Source: an uncultured Clostridia bacterium
Lineage (GTDB): Bacteria > Bacillota > Clostridia > Lachnospirales > CALKRZ01
Direction: 5' to 3'
Length of the DNA: 36,834 nucleotides
Assembly (NCBI GenBank): GCA_937989765.1
Contig: CALKRZ010000072.1
Coordinates: forward strand, 1-36,834
Shown piece by piece: positions 8,001 through 17,972 of the stretch. Position numbers and translations under genes: made by a program. A model generated the notes under the pieces. That model did no database searches. It was not told the origin of the DNA and worked only from the letters and a program-made list of their open reading frames with translations. Within the stretch, counting starts at the first letter, position 1; each line of letters starts with the position of its first letter.

Positions 8001-8391
8001 ATCTATGATTGAAGAGAGTACTTTATGGAGCATGTTGCAGCGAGCCAGCGGCGGTGAGAGGTCTGGTACAAAGCACCTTAAAGGAATGGGTTCAGGAGAT
8101 GCTAGGCGAATAAGGCATAGGAATAAAATAACTATGAGAGTAACAGTTATTTTTCCCATACCTAAGTAGCTGATGCCGTGTCCTCACGTTACAGAGGCAG
8201 GATATCGAGTTTTTTACTCTGTATCCCTAGGAGAGAGTTACACTGTATAATTGGGTGGTTCGCGAATCAGTATTTCGTCCCAAGATGAAGTGCTTTTTTT
8301 ATTGCCATTTTTACAGTATTACTAATTTGGGTGGTACCGCGGAATATAGACCATTTCGTCCCAGAGCATGGGATGATGTGGTCTTTTTTTT
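8001..8391 (+). promoter_or_regulatory. Trp T-box riboswitch, partially double (one specifier stem, two antiterminator/terminator modules)
   Basis: AGTA, CAGCGAG and GGTGAGA stem I motifs; GAA-TGG specifier at 8087-8089; T-box sequences at 8249-8264 and 8324-8341, each followed by a hairpin and T-tract; lies upstream of trpE. Confidence 0.92.
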
Positions 8392-8436
8392 AGTTGATTT
8401 TTATAGATCTGTTTTTTAGAAGAGAGGAAGATCGGG

Positions 8437-9840
8437 ATGAAAAATAAAGTATTGATTCCATATACCAAAGTACTTTCAGGAGATACGGAAACTCCTATCA
8501 CTTTATATCAGAAATATGTAGGCAAAGAGATCGGATTTCTTTTGGAAAGCAAAACCGAAGGAAAGGGACGATATTCTTTTCTAGGCAAAAATCCCTATGC
8601 AATCATCAAGGGACGAGAGAAGATTATGATTACACAGCAGGATGAGGAACTTTGCATGGAAGGTAAAGCCTTAGAAATCATTAAAGCGTATATGAGTCGC
8701 TTTGAAGTACGAGGCGGGGACGCTACTATGTTTATCGGAGGCGCTGTCGGAACGGTAGCATATGATGTGATCCGTCAGTATGAAAAGCTTCCTGCTATCA
8801 GTGATGATATTCTAAAAACCCCCGATGTGTATATGATGGTAGTGCTTCAGTTTATCACCTATGATCACTATCATGGGCGCATTATTTTGACCGTATTAGA
8901 AGAAGAATCAGAAGAAGGATCAAAAAGAGCAGATGCTCAGCTTAGTCAGATGGAAGAAGAGATTCAGGCACCCTATGAACTGCAATCCGATTCTCAGGAG
9001 CATATGGCTTTACGTATTCAGTCCAATATGACCAAAGAGGAGTATATGCAAAAAGTAAATAAAGCAAAGGAATATATATATGAAGGAGATATATTTCAAG
9101 TAGTCCTCTCACAGCGGTGGACGGTGGATACAAAGGAAGATCCATTTGTACTGTATCGGAGGCTACGAGCTGTAAATCCTTCACCTTATCTTTTTTACTT
9201 TAATTTTGGGGATGAGCAAGTGGCAGGAAGTTCACCAGAAATGTTGGTAGAAGTACGAGGAAATACAGTCTATACTTGCCCCATCGCGGGTACGCGAAAA
9301 AGAGGTAAGAATGAAAATGAGGATAGGGTGCTAGCAGAGGAACTGGGAAATGATCCTAAAGAGCAAGCAGAGCATGTGATGCTCGTAGATCTGGCTCGAA
9401 ATGATATGGGACGGATTGCGGCAATAGGTACAGTACAGGTAGTAGACTTTATGAAGGTACATTATTACTCCCATGTGATGCATCTAGTATCCTTAGTACA
9501 AGGAAAAAAACGCGAAGGACAGGACAGCTTCTCCATATTAGCTTCTTTTCTACCAGCAGGCACTTTATCAGGTGCCCCAAAAATTCGAGCCATGGAAATC
9601 ATCGAAGAACTAGAGCCAGAGCGGAGAGGATTGTACGGGGGAGCCGCAGGATATTTCGGATTTAATGGAGATATGGATATGTGTATAGCCATTCGTACCA
9701 TGGTGATCCGTGGAGAAAAGGTGTATATGCAAGCAGGGGCTGGCATTGTGGCAGATTCGGATCCAGAAAAAGAGTATGAAGAAAGTGAAAATAAAGTAAG
9801 GGCATTACTCAATGCCATCGGAAAGGGAGGAATAGTATGA
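8437..9840 (+). CDS. trpE: Anthranilate synthase component I
   Basis: LLES, GDIFQVVLSQR, NPSPY, PIAGTR, EHVMLVDLARND and PAGTLSGAPK motifs. Confidence 0.95.
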   Translation: MKNKVLIPYTKVLSGDTETPITLYQKYVGKEIGFLLESKTEGKGRYSFLGKNPYAIIKGREKIMITQQDEELCMEGKALEIIKAYMSRFEVRGGDATMFIGGAVGTVAYDVIRQYEKLPAISDDILKTPDVYMMVVLQFITYDHYHGRIILTVLEEESEEGSKRADAQLSQMEEEIQAPYELQSDSQEHMALRIQSNMTKEEYMQKVNKAKEYIYEGDIFQVVLSQRWTVDTKEDPFVLYRRLRAVNPSPYLFYFNFGDEQVAGSSPEMLVEVRGNTVYTCPIAGTRKRGKNENEDRVLAEELGNDPKEQAEHVMLVDLARNDMGRIAAIGTVQVVDFMKVHYYSHVMHLVSLVQGKKREGQDSFSILASFLPAGTLSGAPKIRAMEIIEELEPERRGLYGGAAGYFGFNGDMDMCIAIRTMVIRGEKVYMQAGAGIVADSDPEKEYEESENKVRALLNAIGKGGIV

Positions 9841-10430
9841 TTTTACTCATTGATAATTATGATTCTTTTACCTATAACTTATATCAATATCTAGGTGAAC
9901 TTCATAAAGAGATCCAGGTAGTACGTCATGATGAAATATCTATACAGCAGATCAAAAGCTTATCCCCACAGTGCATTGTATTATCTCCTGGACCAAAGAC
10001 TCCTACAGAAGCGGGGATTTGTATGGAGGTAGTGCAGCAGCTTTCAGGGATGATTCCTATATTAGGCATTTGTCTAGGACATCAGTGTATTGCAGCCTCT
10101 TTTGGCGCTACCGTGACCTATGCAAAAAAACTATACCATGGAAAGACCTCTATGGTCACGCATACAGGGACGGGGATCTTTAAAAATCTGCCCAATCCGA
10201 TGGAAGTAGCCAGATATCACTCCCTAGCCGTGCTGCCTCATACGCTGCCAGAAGAGCTTATCGTTACAGCCCAAACAGAGGATGGCGAGGTAATGGCAAT
10301 CACCCATAAGACCTATCCTTTGGTAGGATTACAGTTTCATCCAGAATCAATTTATACCCCTGAGGGGAAACAACTGATCAAGAACTTTTTGGAAGGGGTG
10401 AATGCATATGTTATACAAACAAATGGATAA
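9837..10430 (+). CDS. trpG: Anthranilate synthase component II (glutamine amidotransferase)
   Basis: IDNYDSFTYNL, SPGP, GICLGHQ and QFHPES motifs. Confidence 0.95.
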   Translation: MILLIDNYDSFTYNLYQYLGELHKEIQVVRHDEISIQQIKSLSPQCIVLSPGPKTPTEAGICMEVVQQLSGMIPILGICLGHQCIAASFGATVTYAKKLYHGKTSMVTHTGTGIFKNLPNPMEVARYHSLAVLPHTLPEELIVTAQTEDGEVMAITHKTYPLVGLQFHPESIYTPEGKQLIKNFLEGVNAYVIQTNG

Positions 10431-11427
10431 ATTACTAGAAGGCAGTCACCTTACAGAAGAAGAGATGACCGATGCTATGGAAGCCATCATGGAAGGAGAA
10501 GTGCCCGAAGTAGTACTGGGCAGTTTTCTTACGGCACTGCGGATCAAAGGAGAAGGGATTACCGAATTGACCGCGGGAGCCAAGGTCATGCGGAACAAAG
10601 CAGAAAAGATGGAACTAGCAGGATTATACACGGTGGATACTTGTGGTACAGGTGGGGATTGCGCAGGTACGTATAATATTTCTACGGCGGTAGCTTTTAT
10701 CGCAGCCGCAGCAGGAATCCATGTGGCAAAGCACGGCAATCGTTCCGTTTCTAGCAAAAGTGGTAGCGCGGATGTACTAGAGGCGCTGGGTGCTGTGATT
10801 ACGCTATCTCCACAGCAAGTAGCTAGTTCTGTACACAAGCATCATATCGGTTTTTTGTTTGCACCCGTATTCCATAAAGCGATGAAGCATGCCATAGGTG
10901 TCCGAAGAGCCTTAGGATTTCGCACTGTATTTAATATGCTAGGACCTCTTACCAACCCTGCAGAAGCCAAAGGACAGGTTATGGGCGTATATGATCAAAG
11001 TCTTACAGAGGCGATGGCAGCAGTGCTGAAAAACCTAGGCACGGATCATGCGCTTGTCGTGCACGGTATGGATGGACTGGATGAGATCACCACTACAACG
11101 CAAACCAAGGTTACAGAATTAAAGGATGGCATATTGCATACCTATTATATAACTCCAGAGCAATTTGGGATGAGTAGAAGTAACTTGGAAGACTTGCGAG
11201 GGGGCAGTGCAGTAGAAAATGCAGCTATCATCAGAGCACTCCTGCAAGGAGAACAGGGACCCAAGCGAGAAATTCTTCTGCTAAATAGTGGGGCAGCACT
11301 GTATGTAGGCAAAAAGGCGAACAGTCTTGGTGATGGAATCAAGCTAGCAGCCACATTGATCGATACGGGAATGGCAATGGAAAAAATGAATGAATATATC
11401 GACTTTACCAAAAGTATTGCAAGTTAG
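10408..11427 (+). CDS. trpD: Anthranilate phosphoribosyltransferase
   Basis: DTCGTGGD, NISTA, KHGNRSVSSKSGSAD and GLDE motifs; ATG 10408 chosen by RBS spacing. Confidence 0.95.
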   Translation: MLYKQMDKLLEGSHLTEEEMTDAMEAIMEGEVPEVVLGSFLTALRIKGEGITELTAGAKVMRNKAEKMELAGLYTVDTCGTGGDCAGTYNISTAVAFIAAAAGIHVAKHGNRSVSSKSGSADVLEALGAVITLSPQQVASSVHKHHIGFLFAPVFHKAMKHAIGVRRALGFRTVFNMLGPLTNPAEAKGQVMGVYDQSLTEAMAAVLKNLGTDHALVVHGMDGLDEITTTTQTKVTELKDGILHTYYITPEQFGMSRSNLEDLRGGSAVENAAIIRALLQGEQGPKREILLLNSGAALYVGKKANSLGDGIKLAATLIDTGMAMEKMNEYIDFTKSIAS

Positions 11428-11482
11428 GGCATAAGATGGTATCATTAGCAAAAATATTCAACCAATAGAAGGAGAGATAAAT

Positions 11483-12496
11483 ATGATCGTAGTCATGAAA
11501 TCCAGCGCAACCACAGAACAAATAGAAAAGGTAGAAAACCGTTTGATAAGATTAGGATTTAAAACCCATCCTATTCATGGAGAAAAAAGTACAGTTATCG
11601 GTGCGATTGGAGATAAAACTGTGTTAAGCCAAGAATCCATCATCAATATGGATGGAGTAGAAACCATCATGCCTATTACAAAGCCTTATAAACTCATTAG
11701 TAGAGAACTTGTCAAAGGGAATACTACGGTCACTGTAGGAAATGTCCTCGTAGGAGGAGATGAAATCATCCTTTTTGCAGGACCTTGTGCCGTAGAAAGT
11801 GAAGAACAATATATTACCTCAGCGCTCAAGGTGAAAGAAGCAGGCGGGCACATTTTACGAGGGGGTGCTTTCAAACCTCGTACATCTCCTTATGCTTTTC
11901 AAGGACTAGAAGAAGCAGGACTGAAGATCATGGCCCAAGCAAGAGAAATCACAGGGTTACCTTTTGTAACAGAAGTAGTGGATACGCGTGATGTAGAGTT
12001 AGTCGCAAAATATGCCGATATGATTCAGATCGGCGCTCGTAATATGCAGAACTTTAGACTGCTGACAGAAGTAGGGAAAACTAAAAAACCCGTATTATTA
12101 AAAAGAGGCTTGGCTGCGACTATAGAAGAATGGTTAATGTCAGCAGAATATATTATCGCAGAGGGCAATGCAGATATTATCCTTTGTGAAAGAGGAATTC
12201 GTACCTATGAAACCACCACCAGAAATACACTTGATATCAGTGCGATCCCTGTGATCAAAGAATTAACCCATCTGCCCATCGTAGTAGATCCAAGTCATGC
12301 GACAGGAAAACGTCAATGGATCCCAGCTCTATCGAATGCGAGTATCGCAGCAGGAGCGGATGGTCTTATTATCGAAGTGCATCATAACCCTTGTGAAGCC
12401 CTATGTGATGGACCACAATCTCTAGATCCTGAGCAGTTTAGGAGTGTCGTAAAAGCACTTAAGCCTATTGCAGCGGCGGTAGGACGAAAGCTATGA
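11483..12496 (+). CDS. aroF: DAHP synthase, type I-beta, with N-terminal ferredoxin-like regulatory domain
   Basis: AGPCAVES, RGGAFKPRTSPY, QIGARNMQNF and DPSHATG motifs. Confidence 0.93.
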   Translation: MIVVMKSSATTEQIEKVENRLIRLGFKTHPIHGEKSTVIGAIGDKTVLSQESIINMDGVETIMPITKPYKLISRELVKGNTTVTVGNVLVGGDEIILFAGPCAVESEEQYITSALKVKEAGGHILRGGAFKPRTSPYAFQGLEEAGLKIMAQAREITGLPFVTEVVDTRDVELVAKYADMIQIGARNMQNFRLLTEVGKTKKPVLLKRGLAATIEEWLMSAEYIIAEGNADIILCERGIRTYETTTRNTLDISAIPVIKELTHLPIVVDPSHATGKRQWIPALSNASIAAGADGLIIEVHHNPCEALCDGPQSLDPEQFRSVVKALKPIAAAVGRKL

Positions 12497-13281
12497 GTAT
12501 TCTCCACGACATCGTAGAGAAAAAAAAGCAGACACTGGCTCTTCAAAAAGAAAATGCACAAATTGATATATGGGAGCAAACGATCCAAGGCATGCCCAAG
12601 CCGCCTAGTTTTTATGAGGCGATAGCAAAAAAAGGTCTGTCCATCATTGGGGAGATCAAAAAAGCATCTCCCTCCAAAGGTATTATAAGAGAAGATTTTG
12701 ACCCAGTAGAACTAGCGAGAGAGTATGGAGATGTGGTAGATGCCTTATCTGTATTAACAGAAGAGCATTTTTTCATGGGAAGCCCCACATATCTACAGCA
12801 AGTTCGTCAAGTGACGGCGCTCCCTCTTCTTCGAAAGGATTTTATCATTGATCCGATACAGATTTATGAAGCCAGAATACTAGGCGCTAGCTGTATACTC
12901 CTCATTACAGCCATATTATCAGAAGAACAACTGAGAGACTATATAAAGCTAGCTACAGCGCTACAAATGGATGCGCTCGTAGAAGTCCATACAGCAGCAG
13001 AAGTAGAAAAAGCACTGGCAGTGGGGTCCAAGATCATAGGCATTAACAACCGCAATCTGGAAGATTTTTCGATCACCCTAGATACGACGATACAATTACG
13101 ACAGAAGATTCCACAGGATATACTTATTATCAGCGAAAGTGGTATTGATTCACAAAAAGACCTGATGACTTTAGGTGCAGTGCATATAGATGGCATACTG
13201 GTAGGCGAAAGCTTTATGAAGGCACAGAGTATCACAGAGAAGGCAGAGGAGTTTAGACGAGGATACGATAGCACAAAGTAA
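12493..13281 (+). CDS. trpC: Indole-3-glycerol phosphate synthase
   Basis: EIKKASPSKG, LRKDFI, GINNRNL and SESGI motifs. Confidence 0.95.
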   Translation: MSILHDIVEKKKQTLALQKENAQIDIWEQTIQGMPKPPSFYEAIAKKGLSIIGEIKKASPSKGIIREDFDPVELAREYGDVVDALSVLTEEHFFMGSPTYLQQVRQVTALPLLRKDFIIDPIQIYEARILGASCILLITAILSEEQLRDYIKLATALQMDALVEVHTAAEVEKALAVGSKIIGINNRNLEDFSITLDTTIQLRQKIPQDILIISESGIDSQKDLMTLGAVHIDGILVGESFMKAQSITEKAEEFRRGYDSTK

Positions 13282-13328
13282 GATTTGTGGTGCGTATGAT
13301 TTCTCAGTGGATAAGGGGTGGTCAAGAT

Positions 13329-13949
13329 ATGGTAGTGCAAATTAAGATCTGTGGACTACGTACGATAGAAGATATACAGATGATCAATGAACTAGATGTA
13401 CAGTATATCGGATTTGTGTTTGCACCCAGCCGACGACAGATCACACCTGAACAGGCTCAAAAAATGAGAAAAGAGGTAAGGCGAGACATCCAGACGGTAG
13501 GGGTATTCGTCAATACTCCTGCTGTGGAAGTCAATCGCATTGCAGAAATAAGTAGACTAGACATTGCCCAACTCCATGGGGAAGAGTCACCAGAAGCATG
13601 TACCAAGGTTCATATCCCCGTATGGAAAGCCATCGCAGTAAAGGACACACAAAGTTTTAGCAGTATGGATCAGTATCGCAGTGCGCAGGGCTTTGTACTA
13701 GATACGTATAGCAAAGAGGCAAAAGGGGGAACGGGTAAAACCTTCTCATGGGAATGGGCGGCAGGGCTGTCAGAAAAGCATTGGATCATTTTGGGCGGTG
13801 GACTCCATGCTCAAAATGTGCAGCAAGCCCTCCAAAGGGTAGCCCCTCAGATCGTAGATGTAAGCTCAGGGGTAGAGAGCGAAGGAAGAAAAGACAGAGA
13901 AAAAGTCTGTCAGTTTGTGAGGAAGGTGAGAGAATATGAAGCTAGATAG
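13329..13949 (+). CDS. trpF: Phosphoribosylanthranilate isomerase
   Basis: KICGL, QLHGEE, GGTGKTF and DVSSGVE motifs; AAGGGGTG RBS before ATG 13329. Confidence 0.93.
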   Translation: MVVQIKICGLRTIEDIQMINELDVQYIGFVFAPSRRQITPEQAQKMRKEVRRDIQTVGVFVNTPAVEVNRIAEISRLDIAQLHGEESPEACTKVHIPVWKAIAVKDTQSFSSMDQYRSAQGFVLDTYSKEAKGGTGKTFSWEWAAGLSEKHWIILGGGLHAQNVQQALQRVAPQIVDVSSGVESEGRKDREKVCQFVRKVREYEAR

Positions 13950-15120
13950 GAAATTTGGAAGCTTCGGAGGACAGTATGTACCAGAAACACTGATGAATCC
14001 GCTGATCGAATTAGAGGAAGCATTCAAAGAATACTGTAGTACAGAAGCGTTTCAGAAAGAATATATGTATTATCTCAAACAATATGTAGGCAGACCCACC
14101 TCTTTATATTTTGCAGAAAAATTAACCCGTACATGTGGGGGTGCTAAGATTTATCTCAAACGTGAGGATCTAAACCACACAGGCGCACACAAGATCAATA
14201 ATGTCATCGGACAACTCCTACTTGCCAAAAAAATGGGTAAAACCAAAGTCATCGCAGAAACAGGAGCAGGACAGCATGGCGTTGCCACTGCGACTGGGGC
14301 GGCATTATTTGGAATGGAATGCACTGTATTTATGGGAGAAGAGGACATCGAAAGACAGCGGCTGAATGTATTCCGAATGGAGCTTTTGGGTGCTACAGTC
14401 CAACCAGTAAGCTCAGGCACAAAAACCTTGAAAGATGCTACCAATGAAGCGATTCGGGAATGGGTCAGATGTGCAGAGGATACCTTTTATGTCATCGGAT
14501 CGGTAGTAGGCCCTCATCCCTATCCCACGATGGTACGTACCTTCCAAAAAATCATTGGAGAAGAAACAAAAAAGCAGATCATGGAAGCAGAAGGAGCACT
14601 CCCCCAAGCACTGATTGCCTGTGTGGGAGGAGGAAGTAATTCTATGGGACTTTTTTATCCATTTATCAAAGATACGACGGTCAAAATGTTCGGGGTAGAA
14701 GCAGCAGGGCACGGCATAGAAACTAAACAGCATGCAGCCGCCTTTGCAGAAGGACGAGTAGGCGTACTGCACGGAATGAAAACCTACCTCCTACAGGATG
14801 CAGAAGGGCAGATCCTACCCGCCCATTCCATCTCCGCAGGGCTAGACTATCCAGGGGTAGGGCCAGAACATGCCTATCTATATGAAAACAAACGAGTAGA
14901 GTATACATCCATCACAGATACAGAAGCCATGGACGCTTTTCAACTGCTCGCTAAGCAAGAAGGCATTATCCCAGCTATAGAAAGTGCCCATGCCATCGCT
15001 TATGGCTGCAAATTGGCACCCAGTATGCAGGCGGATGAAGTCATCGTGATCTGTCTGTCTGGCAGGGGAGACAAGGATGTGCATACAGCGGCACAGTATC
15101 TAGAAAGTACGAGGGTATAA
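13936..15120 (+). CDS. trpB: Tryptophan synthase beta chain
   Basis: [15 protein letters not shown] (PLP lysine), AETGAGQHG and SGRGDKD motifs. Confidence 0.97.
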   Translation: MKLDRKFGSFGGQYVPETLMNPLIELEEAFKEYCSTEAFQKEYMYYLKQYVGRPTSLYFAEKLTRTCGGAKIYLKREDLNHTGAHKINNVIGQLLLAKKMGKTKVIAETGAGQHGVATATGAALFGMECTVFMGEEDIERQRLNVFRMELLGATVQPVSSGTKTLKDATNEAIREWVRCAEDTFYVIGSVVGPHPYPTMVRTFQKIIGEETKKQIMEAEGALPQALIACVGGGSNSMGLFYPFIKDTTVKMFGVEAAGHGIETKQHAAAFAEGRVGVLHGMKTYLLQDAEGQILPAHSISAGLDYPGVGPEHAYLYENKRVEYTSITDTEAMDAFQLLAKQEGIIPAIESAHAIAYGCKLAPSMQADEVIVICLSGRGDKDVHTAAQYLESTRV

Positions 15121-15131
15121 GGAGGGGCGAT

Positions 15132-15908
15132 ATGAATCGTATAGAAATGCAGTTCAAAAAGCTTAAAGAAAAAGATAAGAAGGCTTTGATCACCTATATT
15201 ACAGCAGGAGACCCTGATATTCATACTACAGAGCAGCTGATCTATGCAAAGGAGCGGGCAGGAGCGCATATTATTGAGATCGGCATCCCTTTTTCTGATC
15301 CCTTGGCAGATGGCCCTGTGATTCAACGTGCCGCACAGAGAGCACTAGAGCGGGGCATTACCCTGCAGCAGATCTTTGACTGTGTAGATAGCGTGCGCGC
15401 TCATACGCAGATCCCCTTGGTTTTTTTAGTGTACTATAATACGATACTGGCATATGGTGTAGGTGCATTTATCAATAAATGTGAACAAACAGGTATAGAT
15501 GGACTGATTATTCCTGATCTACCCCTAGAAGAAAGAGAAGAAATCCTACCTGCTATTCAAAACTCCGCGGTGGCATTGATTCCCCTAGTATCCATTACTT
15601 CAAGAGATAGAATCTCCGCTGTCGTACAAAATGGGCGGGGATTCGTATACTGTATATCTTCCCTCGGAGTTACGGGTGTGCGCCAAGATTTTAGAGAAGA
15701 TCTGAATGAATTTTTAGGTGCTGTCCGTCAAGCGACAGACTTGCCTTTAGCGATTGGATTTGGCATATCTACGAGAGAAGATATAGAGAGATTTAGCCCG
15801 TATGTAGATGCCGTGATCGTAGGATCAGCTATCGTACAGCAGGTAGAAGAATGCGGTGGAGATGTGGATCGGGTAGAAGCGTTTGTAAAGAATTTGGTGG
15901 TGGGGTAG
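15132..15908 (+). CDS. trpA: Tryptophan synthase alpha chain
   Basis: EIGIPFSDPLADGPVIQ, PDLP, GVTG and GFGIS motifs. Confidence 0.96.
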   Translation: MNRIEMQFKKLKEKDKKALITYITAGDPDIHTTEQLIYAKERAGAHIIEIGIPFSDPLADGPVIQRAAQRALERGITLQQIFDCVDSVRAHTQIPLVFLVYYNTILAYGVGAFINKCEQTGIDGLIIPDLPLEEREEILPAIQNSAVALIPLVSITSRDRISAVVQNGRGFVYCISSLGVTGVRQDFREDLNEFLGAVRQATDLPLAIGFGISTREDIERFSPYVDAVIVGSAIVQQVEECGGDVDRVEAFVKNLVVG

Positions 15909-15936
15909 GCAGTCATTTTCACAGAGATCCATAGAT

Positions 15937-15983
15937 AATGCGTTGGTTGAGAAGATTGAAATTCTCATGCCAACGCATTTTAT
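15937..15983 (+). terminator. trp operon terminator
   Basis: AATGCGTTGG...CCAACGCATT stem followed by a T-rich tract. Confidence 0.65.
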
Positions 15984-16067
15984 ATTTATATGGAGCAGTG
16001 TAAAAAGAAGATTATATTCAAAAGAGAGCTATTGCTTATAGGTAAAGTATCGCTTTAAAAAAATATA

Positions 16068-16116
16068 TTTACAAAAAGAATGTTCTAGTGTATTATTTAT
16101 ATAGTACACTAGAACA
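16068..16116 (+). promoter_or_regulatory. sigma-A promoter overlapped by a YtrA-type GntR operator
   Basis: TTTACA-17 bp-TATTAT; perfect 12-bp arms TGTTCTAGTGTA (16081-16092) and TACACTAGAACA (16105-16116). Confidence 0.8.
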
Positions 16117-16133
16117 GTGAGGTGGTAACATTT

Positions 16134-16505
16134 GTGAAACCTATATTTAACGATCATACCCCTATATACTTGCAGATTATGACACATATTAAAAAGCAGA
16201 TCGTAGTACATATACTACAACCTGGAGACAAGCTGCCGTCTGTGAGAGAGCTGTCCAAAAACTTAGAGGTAAATCCTAATACTGTTCAAAGAGCCTATCA
16301 GGAATTAGAGCGAGAAGAGATCACCTACACGCAAAGAGGCATGGGAACCTTTGTGACAGATATAGAAGAAAAATTACATATGCTCAAAAAAGAGATGGCA
16401 AAAGATCTGATCACAAACTTTATACAACAAATGAAGAGCATTGGCTTTGTAGAAGATGAACTAGCAGAGATCATCGCAGTATTTATCAAGAAAAACAAAG
16501 AGTGA
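16134..16505 (+). CDS. GntR family regulator, YtrA subfamily
   Basis: PIYLQI, LPSVREL, VNPNTVQRAY and RGMGTFV motifs; short C-terminal domain; GAGGTG RBS before GTG 16134. Confidence 0.92.
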   Translation: MKPIFNDHTPIYLQIMTHIKKQIVVHILQPGDKLPSVRELSKNLEVNPNTVQRAYQELEREEITYTQRGMGTFVTDIEEKLHMLKKEMAKDLITNFIQQMKSIGFVEDELAEIIAVFIKKNKE

Positions 16506-16515
16506 GGGGAGTATT

Positions 16516-17220
16516 ATGCAAAAACTGATTGGCATATCCAATGTAAAAAAACAATATTCCAAATCTAAGATCGCCTTGGACGGGATCGATCTAGAAATAC
16601 CTGTGGGGAAAATAATCGGCCTACTAGGACCCAATGGTAGTGGGAAGACAACGTTTATGAAGATGTTGGCAGGCATAGCTCGTCCTACAGAAGGGAAAAT
16701 CTACATAGACGGACAGGAACCGGGGGTATATACAAAGTCTATCGTATCGTATCTTCCAGATCAAAATCAACTCTTTAAATGGATGAAGGTGCAGGATGCA
16801 GTAGCATTTTACACAGATTTTTTTCAGGATTTTGAGATGGAAAAAGCAAAAGAGCTGTTGACACGATTTGAGATTGGAAACAAGGAGCGAGTCACATCTT
16901 TATCCAAAGGTACCGTAGAAAAACTCAATTTGATCCTCTGTTTATCCAGAAAAGCAAAGTTATATGTGCTGGATGAACCATTAGGAGGAGTTGACCCTGT
17001 AGCCAGAGATCAGATCATAGATATGATTTTGGATCATTTTCATGAAGACTGCACGATGATCATATCCACCCATATCGTGAGTGAGATGGAGAGATTATTT
17101 GATGAAGTGCTCTTTTTACAGCGGGGTAAGATCGTACTGGGAGGAAATGCAGAGGAGTTACGCTTACAAAGGGCAAAGTCTATCGATGCAGTCTATCGGG
17201 AGGTATTTGCACAATGTTAA
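16516..17220 (+). CDS. ABC transporter ATP-binding protein
   Basis: Walker A GPNGSGKT, signature LSKG, Walker B YVLDEP, and STH switch. Confidence 0.93.
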   Translation: MQKLIGISNVKKQYSKSKIALDGIDLEIPVGKIIGLLGPNGSGKTTFMKMLAGIARPTEGKIYIDGQEPGVYTKSIVSYLPDQNQLFKWMKVQDAVAFYTDFFQDFEMEKAKELLTRFEIGNKERVTSLSKGTVEKLNLILCLSRKAKLYVLDEPLGGVDPVARDQIIDMILDHFHEDCTMIISTHIVSEMERLFDEVLFLQRGKIVLGGNAEELRLQRAKSIDAVYREVFAQC

Positions 17221-17960
17221 AGTTGTTGAAATATGGTGTTGTCGATGGATACGGAAACCTCGTAATGAGTCATGGAATGATATATTCCGTCTATGCATCC
17301 ATGGTTATCACCCGTTATCTTATGGGGTTTGAGGATACATTTTCGTATATTTATAAATACTCATTTTTTATGCCGATCGTGGTATTAATAATAATGGATT
17401 TAAGTATTGAAGGAGCAGTAGATAGGAATAAACAGATGATACTATGCCTTCCTAAGAAAGGATGGGAACTTTCAGGTGTTGTCTTGTTAAAAAGTTTGCT
17501 GAAAGTAGGCATTGCATGTATATGCAGCAGCATAGCATTTTATATCCATCTTTCCATAACAAAAAATCCCAGACGTATGATACAAGCAATCATAGAAAAT
17601 GTAAACTTTCCCTTGGGAGCCCTATTTTCTGGTATGTTGATGATCTTTGCAGCAGTATCTATTGTAAGTTGGTTTTCATGGGTTTTAGTACATTCTTGTA
17701 AGATCAAGCATAAAAAGCTGTGTGGGTTTTTTATCACGATAGTGATTATTATAATAGCACAAAGTATTGGTGGAATGATTGCTGTATTATTCCCTCTTAG
17801 AGTCCTAGTACCTAATGCAGTGCTTTATATATTTCCACTGCTCAAAGAAGCAAAGTATATACTGCCAATCAACTTGACTGGAATCATTATACCTATGATG
17901 ATCTATATAGTATGCTTATGGTGGAGTGCAAGATGGATAGATACGAAAATAGATATATGA
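17214..17960 (+). CDS. Putative ABC-2-type permease
   Basis: About six hydrophobic segments; MLKLLKY start and IDTKIDI end typical of YtrA-operon permeases. Confidence 0.7.
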   Translation: MLKLLKYGVVDGYGNLVMSHGMIYSVYASMVITRYLMGFEDTFSYIYKYSFFMPIVVLIIMDLSIEGAVDRNKQMILCLPKKGWELSGVVLLKSLLKVGIACICSSIAFYIHLSITKNPRRMIQAIIENVNFPLGALFSGMLMIFAAVSIVSWFSWVLVHSCKIKHKKLCGFFITIVIIIIAQSIGGMIAVLFPLRVLVPNAVLYIFPLLKEAKYILPINLTGIIIPMMIYIVCLWWSARWIDTKIDI

Positions 17961-17972
17961 AGGAGAACGGAT

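Noticed and set aside
13287-13328. Longer GTG start for trpF
   Set aside because: RBS position and the KICG motif favour ATG 13329
8942-15922. Numerous antisense and alternate-frame ORFs in the trp operon
   Set aside because: Shadows of well-conserved genes with no motifs; the same applies to those over the che, GH13 and galM genes
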